Shown piece after piece: positions 1 to 13,040 of a stretch of 64,000 bases of DNA. The notes below the pieces were generated by a model that worked only from the letters and a program-made list of their open reading frames with translations, did not search any database and was not told the origin of the DNA. The stretch is from the human T2T-CHM13v2.0 reference genome, Homo sapiens: assembly GCF_009914755.1 (NCBI RefSeq), contig NC_060937.1; one strand, written 5' to 3'. Made by a program: the position numbers and the translations under genes. The number at the start of each line of letters is the position of its first letter. Position 1 is the stretch's first letter.

Positions 1-497
1 GTAAAATACTAGCACCCTTTAACCTGTTAATTCTAGCCTGGAAAGCATCTAAAAACAGACACCACACTCCCTTGAGGTCATTTCTAGTTCTAAGAGCACA
101 ACATTCTATTGTTTTATCTGTAAAATAAATAAAATGCCATCTGAATCTTATCAATCAAATAGCAACTCTTTATATATTTCTAATGGATTACTGCTGACAA
201 AATATCATATGATTGAAGAAAAAGGTATCTATAAAGTTTAACCTTCAATGGATTTATACCACTATATTTTAATAGCATCATATCCCATCTCAAATCTTTT
301 GCAGAATAAAGTGGATTGTGTATGCATAAAATAGCATCCCTAAAAATAAAGGTATCTACGTGAAAATGAATGTATGAAGACATACTAACAAAGACTATAA
401 CACAATTGCTCAGACAGAAAGCTCAAAAAGTCAATGTGGTAGTACAAATTCACTAATAAAACCAACCACCATTATAGAATGGATTTTGTTTTCTGGT

Positions 498-625
498 ATG
501 TACGTGTGCTTGTGTGTGTGCCTGGTGTGTGTTTGTGTGTGTATTTGAGATGGGCTCTTGCTTTATTTACATATATATTTATTTATTTATATATATAAAT
601 ATTTTTAAATATATATTTTAAATAA
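498..625. repeat. Imperfect (TG)n tract followed by an AT-only low-complexity tract
   Basis: Seen directly in the sequence. Confidence 0.8.
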
Positions 626-714
626 TCATTGTGCTAACAAAATTTTTCAAAACAAAACTGAGTATCACTCCAATACAAATGGCAATGAAAATCTTGAAGT
701 AAATAAAACAAGAT

Positions 715-843
715 GGTTGAGGCAGGAGAACTGCATGAGCCTGGGAGTTCAAGACTGCAGTGAGCTATATAATCTCTCCACTGCGCTCCGGCATAGATGA
801 CAGAGTGAGACCTGGCTCTTAAAAAAAACAACAAAACAAAACA
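715..843 (+). mobile_element. Alu right-arm fragment (FRAM/old AluJ-like)
   Basis: tgaggcaggaga...gagcctgggagttcaagactgcagtgagctat...gacagagtgagacc followed by an A-rich tail. Confidence 0.85.
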
Positions 844-1329
844 AGCCTAAGGTGCTTATGCCACTGCCATAACCACAACCATTAATATTAAAATATAACT
901 TTCTTAATAATTCTAAAGATAGAAACCAATTGATATTATATAAATTAGATACTAAGGCATATAAATACTAAATTACTTATGGCACCCATATATAAAAACA
1001 ATTTATATTAATTACTTAATATTCATTTTAAAATGATAATGAAAATTAAAACATTAAGTGACCAAGAAAGTGCATTAAATAATGTGGACTTCCGTAATTA
1101 TAATATGCTACCATATCCCCACACACTTTCTCTGAATTATATTTTTAACACATTTCTCTTGAATTACAGTGAGTGTAGAAACTTCTATATAGAAAGCATT
1201 TGTGCATTTTAGTAAAAGTTTAGCATACTACATTATCTACTGCGTTGCACTGTTCTGTTCATACTGCCCCCTTTTTCCTGCAAAAGATATAAAACAGCTC
1301 AATGTTCCTTACAAAAAAGGACTATTTTC

Positions 1330-1700
1330 AGTTCTTTTAGTACTGAGAGATCAGAAAACAGACATTCATAACAGGCAAATGGGAAAAAGTACTAGAATAA
1401 ACAATCTGCAAGGGAACAAATATGATTAGAATACAAATATATTTTTTAAATGCTAAACTCGGATGATCAAAGACATAAAAAAGATACAAGATACTGCTTC
1501 AGCAACTATATCAGCACTCTCCACCTAACAAAAACACTCTCACCAAGAACAAGAAGTCATGGCAGGGTCGCAGTGAGACTGGCACTTTCATAGTGCCAGT
1601 CTATGAAAGCCACTGCAGGCATGCGCAAATCAGTAAAACCTCCAGGAAAATGATTTAGTAACATACGTCAAAAATTTTAAAAATATTCTTGTTTGGAGTA
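1330..1700 (+). mobile_element. Ancient L1 (L1ME-like) 3' fragment
   Basis: Degenerate match to the L1 3' region (gcactttcata...cactgc...aaatcagtaaaacc...gatttagtaacat). Confidence 0.5.
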
Positions 1701-2833
1701 GTTTCAGAAAACTCACTGGAGTCCAACATTGTCCAGCCAAAGCTATGTAACTAAACTGCTATTTTAGAGCACGGATTTCTTAATCTAATAATAAGAATTT
1801 CTCATGGGAACAATTAACAAAAATTGGAGTAAGTGCTTAGAAAGTGAACATGTTTAGATTGTTTATACAAATGGACCAAATACATTAATTTTAAAGGTTT
1901 TTTAACCCTTATTAATAATTAACTTTATATTTTAGACTTTATATTTTAGAGCAATTTTAGCTTTACAGGAAAAACTAACAGAAAACAGAGTTCCTGTATA
2001 CCCTTCCCTACACACACACAAATTATCCTGTTGTAAACATTTTACATTAGTGTGGTACATTTGTGACAAGTAATGTACCAGTATTGACACGTTATTGTTA
2101 ACTAGTTTCCACGTTAAGGTTCTTTCTTTGTGTTCTGCAGTTCTATGTGTCTTGATAAACTCAGTGTTATTCATCCATCACTACAATGTTATACAGAATA
2201 GTTTTACCACCCTAAAAAAGTCTGTGTCTCACCTATTCATTCCTTCCTTCTTCCCTCTCCTCAGAACCCCTGGCAACCACTGATGTTTTATTGTCTCTAG
2301 ACTTTTGCCACTTACAGAACATCACATAGTTGGAATCATACAGTAGATAGCCCTTCCAGTCTGGTTTCTATCACTTAGCAATACGAATTTAATGTTCTTC
2401 CATGTCTTCCATTGGCTTAAAGAGATCATTTATTTTTAATATTGAATAATATTCCAAATGAATATACCACAGTTTATCCATTCACCTATTGAAGGACATA
2501 TTGCTTGCTTCCAAGTTCAGGTAATTATTAATAAAATGGCTGTAAACATTTGTATGCAGGTTTTTGTGTGGACTTAAGTTTTCAATTCATTTGGGTAAAC
2601 ACTTAGGAGTGTGATTACTGGATGGTTTGTTCTACGTGTAGCTTTGTAATTGCCAGTTATCCAAAGTTGATGTGCCACATTTTGCTTTCCCACTAGCAAT
2701 GAATGAAGGTTGTACTATATACTTACCAGCACTTGGTGCTGTCAGTGTTTAGTATTTTAGCAATGCCAGTACATATGCAGTGGTGTCTTATTGTTTGAGT
2801 TTGCAATTCCTTAATGACATCTGCTGCTGACTA

Positions 2834-3280
2834 TTATAGGGACAGAAAAATTACAACTCCATCCTCTTAGGGTCCTTGCTGGTCTGATAATTTAATTTGA
2901 CATGAGAGAGATTAACAGGAGAAACGTGTAATGCAAGTTTTCCGTAGCACAAAGGCCATCAAAGGAATGAAGACTGAAAGAAATAGAGTCAGTTACCCAT
3001 ATACCGGATTGTGAAAAGAACAGTTGTTAAGGAGCAACTACATTAGGTGGGAAATTACTTTTAACAAGGCCTCTAAAAAATTCTCTTTGTTTCGACTTTT
3101 TGTTGTTGACGATTAAGGATGTTGCATCTTTCCAGTACGGAAAGGCCATCTTTTGCATGAAAATGTTAACTTCTGCTTTTAAGAAATAGCAAGGAGGTCA
3201 AAGCAATCTTTCTACACCTGCTGTTTTTCAAGTATCTTTAAATAGTCAATATACCAGAATAGCATATTTTAATCCCTTCA
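2834..3280 (-). mobile_element. ERV1-class solo LTR (MER34/MER39-like) nested in L1
   Basis: About 450 bp breaking L1 continuity; ends in agcatattttaatcccttca (minus-strand TGAAGG...AATATGC start) and carries gagattaacaggaga. Subfamily uncertain. Confidence 0.55.
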
Positions 3281-4189
3281 ATATCTTTTCATACATTTAC
3301 CTGACACCTATACGTTTTGATGGGTATCTCTTCACATCTTTTGATCATTTCTTTAAACTGGGTTGTTTATTTCTTAGTTTTAAGAGTTTTTGTACATTTT
3401 AGATAAAAGTCCTTTATCAGATATGTGTTTTGGAAAGATTTTCTTCCAGCCTGTTTTCTTTTCATTGTCTTAACTGTTTGCCACAGAAGTTTTAAATTTT
3501 AATAAAGTTCAATTTATCAATTTTCTTTCATAGATTATACTTTTAGTGTTATATCTAAAACGTCATAATAAAACCAAAGGTCACATAGATTTTCTCTTAT
3601 CTTCTATAAAATGTATAGTCTTGCAATTTATATTTAGGTCCATGATAAATTTTTAGTTAATTTTTGTGAAAGATATTAGGTCTGGCAACTTTTTTTTTTT
3701 TTAAATGTAGATGTTCTCGTACCTTTTCTTTAAAAGAAAGACTATTCTTTCACTATTGAATTACCTTTGTTCCTTTGTCAAAATCAACTGACTATATTTA
3801 TACGAATCTATTTCTGGGGTCTCTATTCCAGTCCATTATTTTAAAATTATTTTTATTTTTTTTCCCTTTGGCCAATACCACAATATTTTCCTTATTGCAG
3901 CTTTATACTAAGTCTGGAAGTCAGGGAGTGTCAGATTTCCAACTTAGTTCTTCTTCTTCAGTATTGTGTTAGCTATTCTGGGTCTTTTGCCTCCCCATAC
4001 AAACTTTGAAATCATTTTGTCAATATCCATAAAATAACTTGCTGGAACTCTCACTGGGGCTCTATTGAACCCATAGATCAAGTTGGGAAGAAACGACACC
4101 TTAATAGTACTGAGACATGCTTTCTATGAACATGAAATGTCTATTACTTTATTAGATCTTCTTTGATTTTTTTCAAAGTTTTGTAGGTG

Positions 4190-4494
<305 letters not shown>

Positions 4495-6255
4495 TTGTAG
4501 TTTTCCTCATACAGATCTTATATGTATTTTGTTAGATTAATACCTATGTATGGTTTTTGTTACTAAGAAAATGATACACTATTTTAAATTTCCAATTCCA
4601 ATTGTTCATTGCTGGCATACAGGAAACCACTGGCTTTTTAAATTAGGTGACCTCATAATCTAAAACTTTGATATAATTGCTTAACAGTTCCAGGAGGTTT
4701 ATTTTTTGTCCATTTTTTTTGGGGGGGGGGTGGCGGGCATTCTACACAGACAATCATTTCATCTATGAAGAAAGAGTTTTGTTTATTCTGCCCCAATCTT
4801 TATAGCTTTTATTTTTCTTGTCTTACTGTACTAGCCAGGACTTCCAACACAATGTTCAAGAGGAGTAGTGAGAGAAGACACACCTGCATTGCTTCCAGTT
4901 TTAGGGAAAAAGCATCTTGTTCCTTACCATTAAGTATGATGCTAGCTGTCGATTTTATGTAGATGTTCTTTATCAACTTGAGGAAGTTCCCCTCTATCCC
5001 TATTTGGTGAGAATTTTTCTCATTAATGAATGTTACATTTTTTCAAATGCATTTTCTGCATCTATTGGTGAGTTTTCTTCTTTAGCTCATTGATGATGAT
5101 AGATTACATTAATGGATTTTCAAATGTCGCACCCAGCCAGGATGCATAGAATTAAAAATTATTCCCTCTCCTTCTATTTACTTGAACAGATTTAGAGAAT
5201 TGAAATTATTTCTTCCTTACATGTTTGATAGAATTTACTGGTGAAACCATCTGAGCCTTGTTCTTTCTGTTTTTGAAGGTTATTCATTATTGATTCAAGT
5301 ATTTTAATAGATTCAGATTATCCATTTCCTCTAGTGTGACTTTTGGTAGATGGCATCTATCAAGGTCCATTTCATCTAGGTTATCACATTTGTAGGCTTG
5401 GTTGTGTTAATAATATTCTTCCGTTATCTTTTTAACATCCATAGGATCAGTAACGATAGTCCCTCTTTCGTTTTTGATATGGGCAATTTGTATCTTCTCT
5501 CTTTTTCTCTTGGTTAGCTTGGCTATTGATCTTTTTAAAGACTCAATCAGATATTGGTGGGTTTGATTTTCTCTATTAATTTTCTGTATCAATTTCATTG
5601 ATATCTGCTCTAGTATATATTAGTTCTTTGTCTTACCTACTCCAGAGTCCATTTGCTCTTCTTTTTCTTGTTTCCTAAGGTTAAAGATTATTCTTTTTAG
5701 ATCTTTCTTATTTTCTAATATATGCACTTGATGCTATAAATTTCCCTGTGAGCACTGCTTTTATTGCATCGAACAAAACTTTATAAGTTGTATTTTCATT
5801 TTGCTGTTTCATATAAGTGGATCAAACAGAATAATTTTAAATGAGATGGTTTTGTTTTTTTAAAAAAATACAGAAACTTCTGAACTTTACATTAAAGGAC
5901 TTAACAAAACACACGCCTGGTATATCTCAGGTGATATTTTTCAGTTTGTTCTGGTGGTGGTGGATTCTGTACCTCCCAATGCTGGAACCATAGTTCAAAG
6001 CCACTTATGACACATTTCTTCATCATCCTCTCCCCTGTCCCCCAAGAACAAATGTTCATAAGTACCAATGGCTAAGTATTACTATGTGGATAATAATGTT
6101 GCATGTTTTGTCTCTGATTCCAAAAATGTAGAAACAATGCAGACCCTTGATAAAGGAGAGGTAAGACACTTCTTAGAGTATCAGGAATGGAGTGTCTTGT
6201 TTCTGGTTTTTATTTTTCATTTATAAAATATATAAAAGTGAAGTCTGAATTAAAC

Positions 6256-6433
6256 CAGGGATGGTAATATTCACCTTCGGTGCTATCTCTGATGGGGTAG
6301 TTGTCTATAAGCCTGACGCCGAGGAGGATTCAGAGGCTGGGTGTTTGGGGGAAAGGGTAGTTTGATAGAGAAGCTATGCTTGCTATGAGAGCAGGAAGAT
6401 GAAGGCACACAAGCAGCCTATTTGCTGAGCCTG
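6256..6433. mobile_element. Probable ancient hAT-Charlie MITE
   Basis: Imperfect terminal inverted repeats cagggatggtaata / tatttgctgagcctg around a GC-richer core (gaggattcagaggc). No clear TSD. Confidence 0.45.
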
Positions 6434-7158
6434 AGCAAAGTCACTCCATCTTTTATAATTCTATTAGAAGAATCATTCTCATTTACAACATTTAACAGCA
6501 ATTGAATAACAAAGGTGACATGAAAATAATTTACCAAAAACGCTATTTAGAAAAGCCAATTAAATATTTCTTAGAAAATGTCATAGATTAAATGTGTTAA
6601 TGAATGAGTCAAAGGGGGTTAAGCATTCTAAATAGTTTCACATTGCTTTGGAAATCAGTATTTCTGTGATTTAACTGGCTGCATGTAAAATAAGAATGGC
6701 ATTTGTTATTTGCAAGTCTTTGGCCCATAACTGCTTTACTTTCAAAGGTTGCCAAAATTTACTGGTATAATTTTGCCAACCTAATAAAGAATAAAAATCC
6801 CTCTCAAAATACCCTGAATGCAAATGGAACAATGGATTTGTTCGGCAGAGATCTTTCTTAAAAATAAATTCATAGAGTAAAGGAAAAAGTGATACATAGG
6901 GATCAAAACTTCACAAAAACGACTCACAGTGTTAACTTGTGTGAGTGTGACAGGTATGCAAAATACAAACTGCCTGAAATAGGCAAAGGTATCCTGTCTC
7001 ATGCTTTTGTAGTCACTGAAACTCTACCTGTACAAGCTAGAGACTTGTAAAATGGCTCGAGAAACAGGCCTTCAACTTATTTCAGTTCCACTATGTGCCT
7101 GAAATTCACACTCCTTTTCAAAGTTTTCATTTTCAGAGTAATGTTTAGCTTGGCATGA

Positions 7159-7495
<337 letters not shown>

Positions 7496-7649
7496 TCACC
7501 ACTCATTCTTAAGTGAAGAAGTAAAGTTGTTTCGTTTTTGTCGTGGCTTTGGTGTTGGTTAATTTTCATTTTTTTATGTTTGCTTTTGGTTCCAGATCAC
7601 CAGTCAGGGATTTTCCATTCTGGGATATGAAAGTAGGGCAGAAGACCAA

Positions 7650-7805
7650 GCGATTCACATTTCAAGTTGAGTATGAAAATCACCTAGGAAGTAGCTTTAA
7701 AAATGCCACCAATCAGGATCCACATCCATTCTTTCTAAGTTAATTGAACTGGTGTGGGGACTGCGGCATCAGTATTTCTTAAAGGGTACTCCAGGTTGCT
7801 AATCA
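7650..7805. mobile_element. MER5-like hAT MITE remnant
   Basis: aatcacctaggaag..tttaaaaatgcc...ggcatcagtatttcttaaag..ctccaggt pattern. Confidence 0.5.
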
Positions 7806-10639
7806 ATGTCATCCAAAAGCCATTTGTCACAATTTTGGAAAGTGTCTCATTAGGGTTGGTGGAAACATTAAAGAATATGAGAATTTAATGTTTGTTGCTG
7901 TTTCTATTGTTTTAATTATCTCCATCACAGCTCTGATGAAGTTATTCTACTTTTTCTACTTTTTGCTTATAAAAGGAATATCCAGAATCAGATAAAAAAT
8001 TCATGCATTAGAAAAGAGAATTTAGGAAAAATTAATTTTGCCTGCCACCCCCTCACCGTCTTAGCACCTACTCCTCAACGCCCATAGCCCCATTACCATG
8101 TATTCATCAATGACTTCAACTCTGAGACGAACTCATTAGATATTCTACTGCCATAGAAAACAGAAGGCTTCCTACAAAGTGACAGTATGGATAAATTTAA
8201 AGTGGGATCAATAGTTATTTGTTTCTGCAATTTTCCCAAAGAATAACAGCATAAATACCAATAAAAATTAGTTATTACACATGGTAAAACTCCTTCAAAA
8301 CTTATATCTATTACCCCAATATAGGAAGTCAGTTGATTCAATCAATCACCTGGAACAAAGAGCTGCATCATCCTGTTGTATTGATCAGAATGATCTGTTA
8401 CTCAGAAATTATACATCTTATTAGACATTAGTAAACATTATTAAACACATGTTATGGTTATTATATGTGGATTAGTAACATCTTCTTAAATTTACAAGTC
8501 AAAATTATCTCATATATTTTAATATGGTGTTGAACTTTGATGGTTGGGTCAATTCACTCTTTACCTAAAATCCTTTGAAAAAAATGAACTTGGCCCTATC
8601 AACGTGTCTCTTGGAGAAACATCTTTGATACTAACCAGATACAAACTTTTCTAGGTCAGCATTTTGGTCAGATAAGCATCTACCATCTGCCGATTTAATT
8701 TCTAAAGATATGTTTTCCACTTAATCAACAGCAGTCTCCCCACTCTCAAAATTAATATGATGTCAAAATGATATCCATTTTTTATCTGAAGTTCAGTACT
8801 ACATTTGGAGGATTTTTTAATGACAAGCAGTCCTCCATTATTTCTGCAAGGTTTATCCTTTTAAAAAGTCAAGCCATCAGAAAGCAAGGTACTTACACCA
8901 TTTTAACTAAACTAGAAGTAGCATTACTGTGACTGAAACGTACATTTTTTTTCACATCATAAGGGTTCGCATGGGGTGCCAGGTCCTTAAGAGGCCCAGA
9001 ATACATATTTTGGGGGAGAGGGGAAGAGAGGAGGAGAAAGAGAGATTGTTCTAAAAAAAAAATCCTGACGAAACTGACTCATTTGTTGTTTATAACACTA
9101 TTCAACACGTTTTCCTTTTGTAAAGATACATATGCAAAATTTCTTATGAAGGTTTAATCAGGGAAAACACTATTTTTGCTCATGAAGTGAAGTTTGCACA
9201 TCACTTTGACCACCAAAAAGTCAAGCACCTATATAGCAACTTTAATTTTTATTTAGATCTTAATCATAAATTCAGTTATGTTTACCTTATATGTCATATT
9301 TTACTTTTTTGTCATATGCCACATGAAATCTTTGGGATATAAGAAAGCAAATCCTTTTCTCTCGAATCCAGAGATATTATAGTTACTCATTGCCATCCTG
9401 ACTACAAATGTCTACAAAGCTATGATACAGCTCCCCAAACTAAACTATAATGGGCATGAAACTCAAGTATTCATGCTCTTATTTCTAAACAATGCAAAGT
9501 TAATTTAATATGAATTTTCATGAATTTTTCATACTTGAGTTAAATTCGTAAAGGGCATTTAAAAGTAAGGATTTTGGATATAAAATGTTAAATGTCATAT
9601 AATTACCCAGCATGTTTTAACAGATTAAAATACTTCCTTGTCTTTCTACTGTCAAATATATATGGAATTCCTTGTGTAGAAGCTTATCATCAAACCAAAT
9701 GCTTTATACTCAGTGTGAAAATTCAATCACAATTGTCAAAGATCAAGCTGCTACTTCTGATAACAAATATGATGAGATATCATCTTGTTCAATATATGCT
9801 TTCAACTTGACATGTAGGCTAATAAAAAACATGAAGTTGTAGTATTTATTTTGTTTCTTCCACAACAGAAGGCTCCTAAGAGGGATGATCAAAATACTCA
9901 GTATCATTGCAAGAAAATAAAGTCAACTCTTTATCTGCAGACAGATTAACTGGTTTGCCGACTAACTGTAGTAAAAGAATAACAGCTACATTGCATTTGT
10001 AAAAGATTTAAAAATTACTATGCATCAGTGATTGTATCTCAATGAGAGGATGTCTATTTATTTTCAACAACAAAATAAACATAAGACACTACTTTTTGTC
10101 TTATGACAAGTTTCATTCATTCAACAGCTATTTATTGAGTACTTACTATATACCAACCACTGCAGTAGGCTATCCTACCTCATTAATCACACCTAGTCTC
10201 CCTGTCAACAGCTCTCCTTAGAGGAAGGCATAAGGACATGAGGAAGAGCATGCAGCCAGTTTTTTTGTGTCAACTATAATTCTGAGATGTAAAACCTAAA
10301 GAGGATCACAGACACTTTTGCACGAGGAAACAGACTGTAGTACATGTGTGGCTGTGGATTAACTTTCCCCTATCTTGCCCCTCACCCTGTTTTTCTTACT
10401 TTGCCTTCCTTCTCAGGGAAAGCCTGAATCTGCCATTCTTGCTTGCCTCCTTCTCCTTCAGCTTCCAAGTTCATAACCAGCACACCTTGACAACTCCTCA
10501 GATGTCCCTGAATTTGTGTACTTCCCTACATCCCCACTACATTCTACCTCAAACCCTTCTGCCGTTACCTTAGCTTGGAACTCCATCATCTCAAAACACA
10601 GTGATAGCTACTTAGTGGACACTCAAACCTTTGCTAAAT

Positions 10640-11580
10640 AATTGAATAAGGTAGCTTCAATCATATGCCCTTTAAGATACTGAGGTAAACAAGAGTAGAA
10701 TAACAACAAAAAACCCCTGATCTCATTCTCTTTTGAGCAACCACTTCAAACATGCCAGTAGCAATATCTCCCATTAGTTGCCTAAGGTAGATACTTAGGA
10801 ATTATTTTTGACCTTTCTCTCTTCTCTGCCACCCCCATACCATCTTTCCTATTACCTTCTCAGTTTGGTTTCCTCTGTTGCTCTCTTAGGTCTCACACTA
10901 CATGTCAACCAAACACCAAATACCTCCTCAATGTAACCCTCTAACCCAGCGCTGTCCAATAACTTTATGCAATGATGGTAATGTGCCATATATATGCTGC
11001 CAACGGGTATGGACACTGAGCACTTGGCATGTGGCGAGTGTGACTGAGGAACTATGTTTTTAATTTTATTTAAATTTCAACTAATTTGAATTAAGTAGCC
11101 ATATATGTTTCATGGCAACAGTACTAAACAGTGCAGCTTAACCTTCTTCCATACTGCTGATAGACATATCTTGCTACGAAACATCTGATCATATTACTTG
11201 CCTTACAGAGTGTGACTCCATAAAATCTCCATCATTAGGCAGGATATTCAAAGCTCTTTACAATCTAGACCAATTTATCACCTCAGTCTCATTAGCCCCA
11301 CTCCTTTCCCATCTAGTTTGCAAAGGTAGTAGGCCACTCACTGTACTCACACATGCCATGCTATAACCCTTTTGGAAGCTGCTGACTCCTGCTTAGAACG
11401 CCTTTTCCTCTCACAGAACATCTGCTCATCCTTCAAGATCCAGCTTAAATTCCCATTTCTCTCTGAATATCTAACTGCCCTCTCATAGCTGAGCTAGGCT
11501 CTCTGTCTTAACTCTGCTGCCATAACTTTTAGTATGTGGCTTCATTAAAGCATTTCATCATAATTAATGGTTTACATGTG
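10640..11580 (+). mobile_element. L2 relic, interrupted by MER3
   Basis: Pyrimidine-rich L2 motifs (tctgatcatattact; tgctcatccttcaagatccagcttaaat). Confidence 0.55.
10948..11136. mobile_element. MER3 hAT-Charlie MITE
   Basis: cagcgctgtccaata...cacttggcatgtggcgagtgtgactgaggaact...taagtagccatat...aacagtgcag; flanks tctaacc/cttaacc. Confidence 0.8.
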
Positions 11581-12737
11581 GAAAATATGAGTCTCATGTA
11601 TGCCAGGTAAATATTAATCACATACATTAAAGATAGAATCTAAAGATAGAATCTGGCAAAGCATCTGGCACAGGACTTCACTCTGAGTAAGCCCACGAGA
11701 GATGTGCCAAGTCTTCAGGATGTGTTTTAGGAATTGCATCGCCCATGCTAGGGATCTTCACCAAATACAGCTGCCTAAGAAAACAGAGAGGAAAATAAAA
11801 GAATGGAGATGGGGCAAAGGAAACACTCACAAGGCATTGATAGCAATGAGAGGCTTAGGCCAGGGAAATTGTATAAGAAAATTCATGAAAGCCCCAATAG
11901 AATAAGCATGCAGTAAACCTATAGGTAAAGCAGAACTTGTTTTTCACCTTCCCTAACTAGCTGGCAATAGCAATAATCAAATTCCTTAATCAGGGAGTGT
12001 GGTTGTTACGAGGTCAAGAACAAGAAAAAGGTTTTCTTCTGATGTGTAACTGAGAAGAATTTGTTGTAAGCAGATCAATAAAGCCCTATTACTATGGCCC
12101 ACTCCTCAGGAAAGAGCTCTGTTTTATAAAACATTGAATATATTTGCTGTAAGGAAATTCAACCTATGAAAGACACAGGAGAAAAAAAAGGCTCTAAACT
12201 TACTCCATTTTCATGTCCTCTAAAATTATATTTAGATAGAAACACTTCAAAATCAATAATATCCGAGTTGCATATATTTCCAATATAATAATTTCCCCTT
12301 TATATAAAGGGGTCCCATTTTTCTCTCCTTTCAGTCTGCTTATGAAAGCAATGCAGAGAAATATTTAAATAGTTAAAGGTAAAAATGTTAATGGCAATCC
12401 TAAGCAATATTCAATATATATACAGGTATCTGAACTGAGTAAGTACGAGTCAGTATTAATAATATTTTGACGTTCCATTTCATTGGTTTGAGAAAGCATA
12501 GGTTTATGATATAATTTTGTTATTAAATAAAATCCTTGAATTGGATTTGCAGATTGAAGAAAATTAATATTTGGATTTAGTTCAGAGGTTGAGTAAATTA
12601 GCTCAGTTCACTCTGGGTTTGAGTTCATGGTTCAGTTCAAGTTCTTGATAATGAGCACATCAAAATAAAAAAATATTTAAATAATGCAATCAGGGCTGAC
12701 ATTTAAGAGCAAGTGTTCAGGCAAATATGTGTTTTTA

Positions 12738-13040
<303 letters not shown>

